Positions 8,843 to 18,366 of a stretch of 64,000 bases of DNA are shown in pieces; position 1 is the first letter of the stretch; each line of letters opens with the position of its first letter. This DNA comes from Candidatus Latescibacterota bacterium. GTDB lineage: Bacteria; Latescibacterota; UBA2968; UBA8231. Where the stretch lies: contig CBDAOB010000005.1 of assembly GCA_965197905.1 (NCBI GenBank), positions 2,144,001 to 2,208,000 on the forward strand, read 5' to 3'. The notes under the pieces are model-generated. The model was not told the DNA's origin. It saw only the letters and a program-made list of their open reading frames with translations, and made no database searches. A program made the position numbers and the translations under genes.

Positions 8843-11800
8843 ATGACGCTAGTCGACACGTCGCTGCGTCGACCGGTAAGTGTTGTAGTTGGCGTTCTGT
8901 TCATAGTACTGTTCGGACTCATATCCCTCTTTCGCATACCGGTGCAACTGACACCGGACGTGGATCGACCGGTAATATCGGTGACCACGGCCTGGCCCGG
9001 CGCGGCCCCTCAGGAGATCGAGCAGGAGATCGTCCAGCGGCAGGAGGATGAGCTCAAGAGCATCGAGGGACTCGTCAAGATGACCAGCGAGAGCTCAGAC
9101 AGCCGTGGTGTTGTTCGTCTCGAATTCAATGTCGGCGTCGACCTAGACGGAACCTTGCTTCGAGTATCGAACAAGCTGAATCAGGTCACCGGTTATCCTG
9201 CCGATGCGGAGAGACCAGGTCTCTCAACGGGAGGGGGAGGGGCCTCGGGGGCCATCACCTGGCTCATTCTCGACGCCGTGCCGGGAGCTGATCTGGATGT
9301 GGAAACCTACAGAGATTTTGCCGAACAGGTCGTAAAGACCGCAATAGAACGGGTCCCTGGCGTCTCCGAGAGCAATGTCTACGGTGGGTTCGAGCGGGAA
9401 CTTCAGGTGATTGTCGATCCTGGGGCCCTGGCGGCCCGACAGATCTCCGTTTCCGATCTGATGGGCGCCTTGAGACGTGAAAACGTCAATATCAGCGCCG
9501 GCGCGTTCGACGAAGGTAAACGGCGCTACACCGTCCGCACCGTGGGACAGTACAAGGATCCCAGCGACCTGGAAGCAGTGGCCGTCCGCTCGCGGGATGG
9601 CGATCGCATTCTGATCGGCGACATCGCCCGGGTGCACCTCGGGTTTAAACGGGCGCGAGCCACCGTGCGCGTAAAGGGGCGGGAGGCGATCGCCATCAAT
9701 GCTACCCGCGAAACGGGGGCCAATGTGCTGGAGGTCATGGAGGGTATCCGCCAAACGCTCCGCCATCTCAATGTCGGGATTCTAGCACGCGAGCGGCTGA
9801 CACTCACCCAGGTTTATGATGAAACCGAGTACATCACCAGCGCCATCGGCCTCGTGCGCAACAACATTGTTGTCGGCGGACTCCTGGCGACAGTGGTTCT
9901 GCTGTTGTTTCTGCGCAGCGCTAGCAGCGTTCTGATCATCGCCACGGCGATTCCGATCTCCATCATTGGCACCTTTCTCACTATGACTCTGCTGGGTCGC
10001 AACATCAATGTCATAAGCCTCGCGGGCATGAGTTTTGCGGTCGGCATGGTGGTGGACAACGCCATTGTCGCCCTGGAAAATGTCTTCCGCCACAGACAGA
10101 TGGGGAAATCCCGCTTTCAGGCCGCATCGCAAGGCATTGCCGAGGTTTGGGGCGCACTTCTCGCCAGCACCCTCACCACCGTTGCCATCTTTCTGCCCAT
10201 AGTCTTCGTGGAAGACGTGGCGGGTCAGCTATTCCGCGACATTGCAATCGCCGTAGCCAGCTCCGTCACCTTGAGCCTGGTCGTCTCGATTACCGTTATC
10301 CCGATGATGTCACGTCACCTGCTTCGGGTTCGCGAAGACACCGACGCTCAGGAGCGCAAGGTCAGCCGCCTAGATCTTATCGGGGAGCAGATTCGCACCT
10401 GGATCGCAGAAACCATCTACCGCATGAGCGGGAGCACGGCCGTGAGATTGATGGTTGCGGTCGTCCTCATCGGCAGTTCGGTTCTGGTCACCTGGACGCT
10501 GCTGCCGAAAGCGGAGTACCTGCCGACCGGAAATCGCAATCTAATATTTTGCATCCTCCTTCCTCCGCCAGGGTACAATCTCGACGAGTTGATCAGCGTA
10601 GGTCAGGAAATCGAGGAGATCTTGAGGCCGCGATGGGAGGCGGAGCCCGGAAGCCCCGAGGCAGAAGCGCTCCAGAACCTGCTCATCGAACGCATCTTCT
10701 ACGTGGCCTTCGGCCGCACTGCCTTCATGGGTGTAATTGCCAGAGAGCCCGAGTCGGTTCGCGATCTTATCCCGGTAATCCAACAGCCGCTGTTTGGCAT
10801 TCCCGGAATGTTTGCCATCGTGACCCAGTCCAGCTTGTTTCGAGGGGTCGGTGGCGGACGATCCATCGACCTGGAGATTTCCGGGCCAGACCTAGAGCAT
10901 CTAGTGGCTCTGGGAGGTCAAATCTTCGGTCAGGTTATTGCAGTGGTCGAGGGTGCTCAGACCCGCCCGATCCCGAGCCTGGATTTGGGCAATCCCGAGG
11001 TGAGGATCGTGCCAGACAGGATCCGGGCGGCCGATCTGGGTTTATCCGCCCAGGATATCGGTGTCGCCATTAACGCGCTGATCGATGGGGCCCTGGTGGA
11101 CGGATTCCAGTTCGAGGGCGAGGAGATAGACCTGACGCTACGGGGCAGCGACGATTGGATACGCACCGAGGAGATTGGCGAATTGGCCATCTTCACGCCG
11201 CGGGGCCGATCGATTCCCCTGAGCGCTGTGGCCGACGTAGAGGTTACCTCGGGCCCGGAGCAGATCAATCACGTCGAGCGCGACCGGGCCATTACCTTGA
11301 GGATTATTCCGCCCGAATCGATGGCTCTCGAGAGCGCACTTGGAAAGATACGAACCGAGATTATCGAACCGTTGAGGAACAGCGGTCAAATCGCTCCGCC
11401 ATACGATCTCAACCTCTCGGGCACCGCGGACGACCTGCGCCGCACTCGCCAGGCGTTGCAGTGGAACCTTCTTCTGGCCATGGTTATCACCTATTTGCTG
11501 ATGGCCGCCCTCTTCGAAAACTTCCTCTACCCTTTCGTGATCATGCTCAGCGTGCCGCCGGCAGCTGCCGGCGGCATACTCGGTCTCGTCGCCGTCAATC
11601 TTCTTATCGGTTATCAAACCTTCGATATCCTCACGATGCTGGGTTTTGTCATTTTGATCGGGGTCGTTGTCAACAATGCAATCCTGATCGTACACCAGAC
11701 CCTGAATATTCTGCGAACTACCGATCTCGATCCGAGAAAAGCTATTCGGACCGCCGTGGCGAGCCGGGTACGACCGATCTTCATGTCGGTGGTAACTAGC

Positions 11801-12004
11801 GTCTTCGGCATGTGTCCACTCGTGCTGTTTCCCGGCGCCGGTTCTGAACTCTACCGGGGTCTGGGTAGCGTCGTTATCGGAGGGCTTCTTGTTTCCACCG
11901 TGTTCACCCTCTTTCTCGTTCCTACCTTTCTCAGCCTGGCAATGGACGCGCGCATTTGGCTGCGGGGTTTCGCCGTGGAAGCCTCAGGAGGATCCGCCGA
12001 ATGA
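8843..12004 (+). CDS. RND efflux permease (AcrB/AcrD/AcrF family)
   Basis: 1053 aa with RRPVSV start, PGAAPQEIE, GMVVDNAIVALEN, GVVVNNAILIV, RVRPIFM and a 12-TM pattern. Confidence 0.95.
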   Translation: MTLVDTSLRRPVSVVVGVLFIVLFGLISLFRIPVQLTPDVDRPVISVTTAWPGAAPQEIEQEIVQRQEDELKSIEGLVKMTSESSDSRGVVRLEFNVGVDLDGTLLRVSNKLNQVTGYPADAERPGLSTGGGGASGAITWLILDAVPGADLDVETYRDFAEQVVKTAIERVPGVSESNVYGGFERELQVIVDPGALAARQISVSDLMGALRRENVNISAGAFDEGKRRYTVRTVGQYKDPSDLEAVAVRSRDGDRILIGDIARVHLGFKRARATVRVKGREAIAINATRETGANVLEVMEGIRQTLRHLNVGILARERLTLTQVYDETEYITSAIGLVRNNIVVGGLLATVVLLLFLRSASSVLIIATAIPISIIGTFLTMTLLGRNINVISLAGMSFAVGMVVDNAIVALENVFRHRQMGKSRFQAASQGIAEVWGALLASTLTTVAIFLPIVFVEDVAGQLFRDIAIAVASSVTLSLVVSITVIPMMSRHLLRVREDTDAQERKVSRLDLIGEQIRTWIAETIYRMSGSTAVRLMVAVVLIGSSVLVTWTLLPKAEYLPTGNRNLIFCILLPPPGYNLDELISVGQEIEEILRPRWEAEPGSPEAEALQNLLIERIFYVAFGRTAFMGVIAREPESVRDLIPVIQQPLFGIPGMFAIVTQSSLFRGVGGGRSIDLEISGPDLEHLVALGGQIFGQVIAVVEGAQTRPIPSLDLGNPEVRIVPDRIRAADLGLSAQDIGVAINALIDGALVDGFQFEGEEIDLTLRGSDDWIRTEEIGELAIFTPRGRSIPLSAVADVEVTSGPEQINHVERDRAITLRIIPPESMALESALGKIRTEIIEPLRNSGQIAPPYDLNLSGTADDLRRTRQALQWNLLLAMVITYLLMAALFENFLYPFVIMLSVPPAAAGGILGLVAVNLLIGYQTFDILTMLGFVILIGVVVNNAILIVHQTLNILRTTDLDPRKAIRTAVASRVRPIFMSVVTSVFGMCPLVLFPGAGSELYRGLGSVVIGGLLVSTVFTLFLVPTFLSLAMDARIWLRGFAVEASGGSAE

Positions 12005-12104
12005 AGGGCTGCAGTCGGGGGCTGGACCTGCCGATACAGTAAGAGATGACGTCGGGATCTTCGCGAACCTGGCGCCATTTCAAAGACACGGATGTCGGTC
12101 GGAT

Positions 12105-12131
12105 ACCCCACAGGGACGTGGGGTTTTTTTT
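12105..12131 (+). terminator. Rho-independent terminator downstream of the RND operon
   Basis: ACCCCAC-agggac-GTGGGGT stem followed by a T run. Confidence 0.75.
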
Positions 12132-12196
12132 AGTTTTTCCGACCTCCTCTTCGAACTATATTTTCAACGACCCCTTGGAATCCCTTCGTCGATCGC

Positions 12197-12985
12197 ATGC
12201 GAGAAGAGCTCAAGATTTGTATGGAGGCCTGCCGTGCCGCGGGCGAAATTCTGTTGAGGTACTACGGCGGCAATTATGACCTAAGCGACAAAGGGGAAGG
12301 CAATCCCGTAACCAGTGCCGATCTTGAAGCTGATGCCTGCCTGAAGAAAATCCTTCTGGGTGCTTATCCGGAATACGGCTGGCTGTCCGAGGAAACGGCC
12401 GATGATGCCCGGCGCCTCCAGAAACAGCGGGTGTGGATCGTGGATCCAATGGACGGGACGAAGGAGTTCGTGCAGCAGATCCCCGAGTTCGCCGTTTCCA
12501 TCGCCCTGGTCGAGGGTGGGATTCCCGTGGTAGGTGCGATATTCAATCCGGCTGCCGCAGAGCTGCTCGTAGCCACGGAGGGAGGAGGAACCTTTCTGAA
12601 CGGGAAAAGGGTCTACTGCACCGAATCGAACCATTTGACGGATGCCACCTTGATCGTCAGCCGCAGCGAAGAAAAGCGGGGAGAGGTCGCGCCGTTTCAA
12701 GACAAAGTCGGCGAGGTCAAGGCGGTTGGAAGTGTCGCTTACAAGCTGGCCCAGGTCGCCGCCGGCATGGGCGACCTCAATGTGAGCGCACAGCCGAAAA
12801 ACGAGTGGGATGTGTGTGCGGGAGATCTGCTGGTGCGCGAGGCCGGCGGAGAGATGCTCGACCTAGAGGGGTGCGTCCGCCTATACAACCAAAGCGATCC
12901 GTTGATTCGAGGCGGGCTCGTCGCCGGCAATCGGCAGATCTGTGACGCGATGTTGGACCTGGTGCAGGCTAGGTCTCAGAGGTAA
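12197..12985 (+). CDS. cysQ: 3'(2'),5'-bisphosphate nucleotidase CysQ / inositol monophosphatase family
   Basis: PVTSADL, WLSEE, WIVDPMDGTKEF and EWDVCAG motifs. Confidence 0.8.
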   Translation: MREELKICMEACRAAGEILLRYYGGNYDLSDKGEGNPVTSADLEADACLKKILLGAYPEYGWLSEETADDARRLQKQRVWIVDPMDGTKEFVQQIPEFAVSIALVEGGIPVVGAIFNPAAAELLVATEGGGTFLNGKRVYCTESNHLTDATLIVSRSEEKRGEVAPFQDKVGEVKAVGSVAYKLAQVAAGMGDLNVSAQPKNEWDVCAGDLLVREAGGEMLDLEGCVRLYNQSDPLIRGGLVAGNRQICDAMLDLVQARSQR

Positions 12986-13658
12986 ACAGCTCGTAGACCT
13001 GGGTGACACCTCCAGGATCCTGCTCCCCCAGGTATTCTGCTATCGATCTTTCGTAGTCGGCGGTGTGTTTAAACGCCTTTTGCGCCAGACTGAATCGCTG
13101 CTCCAGACTTAGAAATCCTCGTCCCTCTTTTATGGCGGCAACCAGGTCCGGGTAATCGGCCGGATCGACCACGGCAGCGACCCGCAGGTAGTTCTTCGCC
13201 GCCGCCCGAATCATACATGGCCCGCCGATGTCGATGTTGGCCCTGGCGGTCTCGCAGGTTGCGGAGGCATCGGCGATGGCCTCCAAGAAGGGATACAGGT
13301 TTGCTATGACCATGTCGATGGGCGTCGCCCCGGTGCGCGCCAGATCCTCCTGGTGCGCGTCGTTGTAGCGTTCCGTCAGCAATCCCAGATAAATCTTGAA
13401 GTCGAGGGTTTTGACCAGCCCCCCGTGGGTCTCCGGCTGGCCGGTATAGTCGGACACCAAAGCGAGACGACCGGCAGCCTTTTCGCCAAGGATGTCGTTT
13501 AGCGCCGCAAATGTGCCTGACGTAGCAAAGATCTCGAGAGCGGGATTCGCCTCCAACAGATCAGGGACCAGAAGATCCAGCCCCGTTCTGTCGGAAACGC
13601 TGACAAGGACGCGGTCGATCCTCACGAGATCATCTGTATTACGAACAATGTTCACCAT
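12969..13658 (-). CDS. Stand-alone IMP cyclohydrolase (PurH N-terminal, MGS-like domain); no AICAR transformylase domain
   Basis: VLVSVSDRTGL, ATSGT, SDYTGQPE..GGLVKTL, IDMVIANLYPF, NIDIGGPCMIRAAAKNY and AFKHTADY. Ends at 229 aa; upstream GGAG RBS. Confidence 0.85.
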   Translation of the reverse strand: MVNIVRNTDDLVRIDRVLVSVSDRTGLDLLVPDLLEANPALEIFATSGTFAALNDILGEKAAGRLALVSDYTGQPETHGGLVKTLDFKIYLGLLTERYNDAHQEDLARTGATPIDMVIANLYPFLEAIADASATCETARANIDIGGPCMIRAAAKNYLRVAAVVDPADYPDLVAAIKEGRGFLSLEQRFSLAQKAFKHTADYERSIAEYLGEQDPGGVTQVYELFTSET

Positions 13659-13764
13659 GGTCTCTTCTCCAGGTTAAGCCCGTACCGATAACAAGACTTC
13701 ACGACAGGATAACCTCGCGACCCGCCTCCTAGGAAGACACACCGCGGCCAATTGTGAGCCCCCC

Positions 13765-13916
13765 TTTGTGCCGTACAGCCACATCTGCATATCCTCCCCC
13801 TCCGCGGGTGCATGGTAGGCGTTCGGCGTGGAGATATCTATGATCTGTCTGTCGGGATCGGCGACCAGCTCAGCCGCGTCGACCGCACGCGTGGCACGCA
13901 GGCCGTCGAAACGAAG
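13765..13916 (-). pseudogene. Remnant of a Gfo/Idh/MocA oxidoreductase gene
   Basis: Manual translation: AELVADPDRQIIDISTPNAYHAPA (Rossmann-domain motif) joined directly to MQMWLYGTKGG (C-terminal-domain-like motif). No start codon upstream of the first motif. Confidence 0.5.
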
Positions 13917-14675
13917 CTAGATCTCCATAAACAGCTCTTGTTGCATCCATCCACCCAGACCGTTCGATAGTCGCACCAAAGCCCAATCTCCCTCGATGCG
14001 GTTGATCCTTACTTTTGTTCCCTCGTGAATGACCAGCACTTTGGTCTGTCTTTCATCCGGGCCGCTCCTGGCCGCTGCCTGAGAAACCACGATCACCGCC
14101 TCCCGAAGGTCTTCTTCGTACAGCGCCCTGCTGCCCAGCCACAAGCCACATGCCAACGTCATTACTGCCAACCCCCCAATCCCCAACCCCCGATGCGTTC
14201 CACCGGAGTCCGGCCGCCATATGTGCCAGATCCCCAGCGCGACAAGCAAGAGGAGAGCGGTGCTCAAGGTCACTGACAGCTCGTTCAGGGTAGGAAAGGA
14301 GAGCGCGTCCGCAAAGAATTCCCATACCGGATTCCCATGGGACTCCGGTTCCTGATCTTTCTTTACCCTGTTCAAGAAGCGAAGGTTGGCGACTATGTCG
14401 TCGTCCCGCGGATTGTGCTTGAGCGCGCGTTCGTACCATACGATCGCCTCGCCGATCTTGCCAACCTTGAAATGGGCGTTGCCCAGGTTGTAGAACAGCC
14501 GCCAGTCCCGAGATCCAGCACCGGCAGCCTGCAGATACTTTCCGAGCGCCTCCTCGAAACGGTTGGCGCGATAGAGAGCGTTGGCTTCGTTGTATAACCC
14601 GACACCCGCCGACTGCGGCCTAGCGACCTCGACGGTAGACAGCAGCATACCCCCAAGAAGCAACAACCTCAGCAT
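13917..14675 (-). CDS. batE: BatE-like TPR + SH3b protein
   Basis: Signal peptide, TPR (YNLGNAHFK...AIVWYERAL), two TM helices and C-terminal SH3b (SGP...IHEGTKV...W..VRL.NG..GW). Start overlaps the batD stop (TGATG). Confidence 0.85.
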   Translation of the reverse strand: MLRLLLLGGMLLSTVEVARPQSAGVGLYNEANALYRANRFEEALGKYLQAAGAGSRDWRLFYNLGNAHFKVGKIGEAIVWYERALKHNPRDDDIVANLRFLNRVKKDQEPESHGNPVWEFFADALSFPTLNELSVTLSTALLLLVALGIWHIWRPDSGGTHRGLGIGGLAVMTLACGLWLGSRALYEEDLREAVIVVSQAAARSGPDERQTKVLVIHEGTKVRINRIEGDWALVRLSNGLGGWMQQELFMEI

Positions 14676-16480
14676 CAGACTTCCCTGTCCAGGGATTCTA
14701 CAACCTTCCTGGCTGACGCTTCCACCTGCGCCACATCCACAGCCGAGGAGGCTGCCGGCGCAAAACGGGCATAGTCGCACCGGGCAACAAGATCTCGAAC
14801 GCGATTGATCGTAGTCTCCGAGACCTGGGCTGTCTCAAGTGCCGCAACGAGCTCATCCTGGGTCAACCCCACCGCTGTAAGGTCCAGCAGGTCGGCCACC
14901 AGATGGGTTATTGCTCGATGAATCTCGGCGTGGATCTCCACCGGTTTCCCGGCCGCTCGCATATCTGCCACGGACTTCAAGCGTTGCTCCGCCGTCGAAC
15001 GCGCGTTTCTGCGCCGCACATAGGCGCGATCTCCAGACAGCCGTCTGTGGTGCCGTTGATACAGAAACAGCAGAGCAAAGGTCGCTGGCATTCCCAACTG
15101 CAGAAGCCAGAATAACCAGCTATTGTAATAGACAGGCGTCGTGGCCAATTCCTCCAGGTCGGGCTTGATGTGGCGGATATCGCTTCCCACCAGCTGGATC
15201 GCCTTACGGCTGAGCCCGTAGTTGGAAACCGTTTCATCGAGGGCACCGGGCGTCACCTCGATGCCCATAGCCCTGGAAGAGTTCTGCCGATAGATGCCGG
15301 CGTCAGGATCGAAGTAGGCAAGTTGGACGGGAGAAATCTGCAGCTTTCCTGCCTTCTCCGGAATCAGGATATATTCGAAGTTGCGCACCCCACCGTAAAC
15401 CCCGTTGTCGACATCGGCTATGGTTTCCACCTTGGGTTCGTACACCTTGAATCCTGCCGCCGCCGACGGATCGTCCAGATTGATCGCATCGATGTTGCCG
15501 CGACCTGAAACCTGGACCGTCAAGGTCACCGGATCCCCCGCGCGCACCATCGTCGGGCTCGCTTCCGCCGTTATTCCGAATTGTCCCACGGCCCCCTTGA
15601 AATCGGCGGGCCTTCCGCGACTCGGCAACGGCACAACCTGGATCTCCACCGCTTCTCCCCTAAGAACCACCGACTGCGACGAGCGACCAAAAAATCCGTC
15701 GAAATCGTCGAAAAAGAAACCGCTACGGCGGCGGCGTTGTGGGATGTCGCAGGACAGCGCCAGTGGCTCGATGGTATGAATGCCCGTGGCGGTGGGAAAT
15801 AGTGCAACCTTTTTCAGCGGCGCTACGTTGAACGGCAGATTGTTAATATGCTCCCTGCTCGGCTGCAGCTCCTTGGCGCTGAACAGTTCCTTGACCCAGA
15901 AACCGGAATAGGTAGGAATCTCCTTGAAACCCACATTCTGCAGCTGGAATCGGTAGCACAGATCGAAACCCAAGGTCGCCTGTTGACCTACGAACACCTG
16001 ACGGTGATCGATCGTAGTGCGAACAAAGAGGTTGTCACCCAGGTTGCCCTGGCCGGATGAGGTGGATGGGGTCGTGCCGGGGGGCACGGGTTGGATCGAG
16101 CCGGCAACAACCTCTACTGCCAACTTTCTAGTGACGTACTGTCTGCCTCGAAAATCCAGCTTGGCCGGGCCAATCTCAAGACGACCCGTCCTTCTGGCGT
16201 AAAGCGTATAGATAAGATCACGGGCAAATGTAGTTTCGGTGTTTACCATCTCGACCCGGGTACTGATGGTGGGACCTTCGACGTGGAACTCTGAAAGGGA
16301 GATCTGGGGTGCCGGAAGGTGGGATATGTTTTCTCGGGATTGGATAGTCAGCGTTAGTCGAACTGGATCCGCTTGTCCTACCCGGACGCGATCGACCGAC
16401 GCTGTGAATTCGAGCTCGACACCGTATGCCGGGCAAAACAGCGCAACTGTCAGCGACAATGCCGCGATACGCAAGACCAA
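14675..16480 (-). CDS. batD: BatD family protein
   Basis: Signal peptide, FTASVDR..VG, VFVGQQ, P...RP.DF.GAVGQF...A, GDPVTL.V.VSG.GN, late TM helix and C...RFAP tail. Confidence 0.9.
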   Translation of the reverse strand: MVLRIAALSLTVALFCPAYGVELEFTASVDRVRVGQADPVRLTLTIQSRENISHLPAPQISLSEFHVEGPTISTRVEMVNTETTFARDLIYTLYARRTGRLEIGPAKLDFRGRQYVTRKLAVEVVAGSIQPVPPGTTPSTSSGQGNLGDNLFVRTTIDHRQVFVGQQATLGFDLCYRFQLQNVGFKEIPTYSGFWVKELFSAKELQPSREHINNLPFNVAPLKKVALFPTATGIHTIEPLALSCDIPQRRRRSGFFFDDFDGFFGRSSQSVVLRGEAVEIQVVPLPSRGRPADFKGAVGQFGITAEASPTMVRAGDPVTLTVQVSGRGNIDAINLDDPSAAAGFKVYEPKVETIADVDNGVYGGVRNFEYILIPEKAGKLQISPVQLAYFDPDAGIYRQNSSRAMGIEVTPGALDETVSNYGLSRKAIQLVGSDIRHIKPDLEELATTPVYYNSWLFWLLQLGMPATFALLFLYQRHHRRLSGDRAYVRRRNARSTAEQRLKSVADMRAAGKPVEIHAEIHRAITHLVADLLDLTAVGLTQDELVAALETAQVSETTINRVRDLVARCDYARFAPAASSAVDVAQVEASARKVVESLDREV

Positions 16481-17302
16481 TTACCAGTCCTTGCCTCGTG
16501 CTCCCCGTTCCGTTTTGGCTCGCCGCAACTGAGCCTGCTTCTCGAGATCCTGAAGCGCGTCCAGCAACCGCTCTGCTTCTTCCCGATTCAGCGAAGACAC
16601 GTTTTCGCCCGTGGCCTCTTGTGGCTCCATCTCTTCACCGGAGAGATTCTCCGGCGTCTCACCCTGTTCCCGTTCCTCGGGTTCCTGGTCAGGTTGATCT
16701 TGAGAACCGTGATTCGGATTCTCGCTGCTGTCCCTATCGCTCTCTTCCCTGTCTTCTTGCTCTTCCCCGTCCCTTTGCTGTTGCTGCTGTTGTTGCTTCT
16801 GTTGCTCTTCGAGGCGTTCCTGCGCCATCTCGAGATGAAGCTTTGCCTGTAGATCCCCCGAGTCGATCTCTAACACTTGCTTGAAGGCCTCGGCCGCTGG
16901 CCCAAACGCCTCTTGTTGGAAAAGGGTCTTTCCCATGTTGAAAAACGCATCTGCCTGTAGCTGAGACTCCCTGCCTGCTACGGAAGCGCGCTCGAACTGC
17001 TCCAGCGCCTCATCCGGTTTGCCCAGCTGATACAGGGCGTCGCCTGTATTGAAGTGAAGTAGGGCCGATTCGGGACGTTCGAGTTGAGCGTCCCGATACA
17101 ACCTCAATGCCTCCTCGAACTGCTGTCGTTCGTAGAGCTCCTTGGCTTCGGCTGCCCGCGCTGCCGCTGCATCGCCAACCACGGCACCCGTCTGCAGCAT
17201 CCAGTTGCCCCCCAGAACCACCGCGATCAGCGGACCGGCAAGTAACGGAGTCGCGCTTCGCAAGATCCTTTGCCATATCGCTCTATATTCGTTCCGTGCC
17301 AT
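16481..17302 (-). CDS. batC: BatC-like TPR protein with Q/E-rich linker
   Basis: TPRs (HFNTGDALYQ, FFNMGKTLFQ), a poly-Q/acidic linker, AERLLDAL and the terminal KDW typical of BatC. Start position uncertain. Confidence 0.85.
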   Translation of the reverse strand: MARNEYRAIWQRILRSATPLLAGPLIAVVLGGNWMLQTGAVVGDAAAARAAEAKELYERQQFEEALRLYRDAQLERPESALLHFNTGDALYQLGKPDEALEQFERASVAGRESQLQADAFFNMGKTLFQQEAFGPAAEAFKQVLEIDSGDLQAKLHLEMAQERLEEQQKQQQQQQQRDGEEQEDREESDRDSSENPNHGSQDQPDQEPEEREQGETPENLSGEEMEPQEATGENVSSLNREEAERLLDALQDLEKQAQLRRAKTERGARGKDW

Positions 17303-17331
17303 CGTTATTCGAGAAAACGTCCGATCGACGC

Positions 17332-18354
17332 CTATTCGAAGCGCCCGCGCCACTCAGCCTTTTGTCGCCGGCGCTCAGACAGAAGCAGCTCCGTGGTGAA
17401 GAGCAGCAGCGCCACAAAGAGGGGAGATTGGTAACGTTCCTCGAACTCGGTAAACCGGTTCGAACCGAATTCCTTTTGCTCGAGTTCCTGCAATCCTTCG
17501 TAGATTCGCTCCAATTCGCCCCCGTCTAGACTGGTACGATAGTAATCTCCGTCCGTTGCCAGCGTCAATTGTTTCAAGAATCCTTCGTCAAGGCGCGTCT
17601 TCACGTAGTTCCCTTCAGCGTCCTTGTGATAATTCAGTCCGCCATCGCCTTCCTCGGGGATGAGCTCTCCACCCTGAGTTCCCATGCCGACAGCGAAAAC
17701 GCGGATCCCGAGCTCCGCGAGCTCCTCAGCCGTTTCCAGTACCGTCCCTAGGTGGTCTTCTCCATCTGTGAATAGGACGACCGCTTTGGAGGATGCACTT
17801 CCTGCGTCGAAACATCTCGCCGCCGTCCGCAACGCGTCGGCCAAGGCCGTTCCCTGAACTGGAATGAAGTTGCTGTCGAGAACCTCGAGGAACAGGCGCA
17901 GTGCGCCGTGATCCAGGGTCAGTGGGCAAACGATTTGGGCCAGTCCGGCGAATCCAACCAGCCCGATCCGATCGCCCGGCAGCTGGTCGATCAATTCGCC
18001 CACCTGATACTTCGCCCGCTGCAGACGACTGGGTTGCAGATCTTGAGCCTGCATCGACCTCGAGACGTCGAGAACCACGACCACTTCCACACCTTTGTGC
18101 GACGCCATGGAGAGTTTTGCTCCCAGCTGAGGTCCGGTCAAAGCCAGAAGGAGAAAGAGAGAACCCGCCACGAACAGCACGACTTTCGAACGCTGTCGGG
18201 TCCGGCTGATTCCCTGAGTCAGCTTGTCCGCGAGCTCGGTGCCGGCGAACTGGGCCAGGCCCTGGCGTTTGCGCAACGCGACCCACATGAAGAACAAACC
18301 CAAAGAAGGAAGGAGAAAGAGGAACCAAAAATAATGCGGATTTCCAAAGCTCAT
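17332..18354 (-). CDS. batB: BatB VWA-domain protein
   Basis: N-terminal F.NP..FW.L TM, MIDAS DVSRSM, PSRL, DRIGLV.FAG, PLTLD, TDGEDH and C-terminal ERYQ + TM. Confidence 0.9.
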   Translation of the reverse strand: MSFGNPHYFWFLFLLPSLGLFFMWVALRKRQGLAQFAGTELADKLTQGISRTRQRSKVVLFVAGSLFLLLALTGPQLGAKLSMASHKGVEVVVVLDVSRSMQAQDLQPSRLQRAKYQVGELIDQLPGDRIGLVGFAGLAQIVCPLTLDHGALRLFLEVLDSNFIPVQGTALADALRTAARCFDAGSASSKAVVLFTDGEDHLGTVLETAEELAELGIRVFAVGMGTQGGELIPEEGDGGLNYHKDAEGNYVKTRLDEGFLKQLTLATDGDYYRTSLDGGELERIYEGLQELEQKEFGSNRFTEFEERYQSPLFVALLLFTTELLLSERRRQKAEWRGRFE

Positions 18355-18366
18355 TCGCGACCAACC

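Noticed and set aside
12005..12104. ~100-nt spacer before a strong terminator as a small RNA or riboswitch
   Set aside because: No SRP, 6S, tRNA or riboswitch consensus that I could recognise. An Rfam/Infernal scan would be needed.
13674..13919. Open frame after the batE TAG as amber read-through (pyrrolysine or recoding)
   Set aside because: BatE is complete at the TAG, TAG ends many complete genes here (rplQ, rpsM, rpsN), and the downstream peptide looks like unrelated gene debris.
16780..16812. CAG/CAA-rich run as a contingency microsatellite
   Set aside because: Mixed-codon poly-Q linker that is normal for BatC-type proteins.
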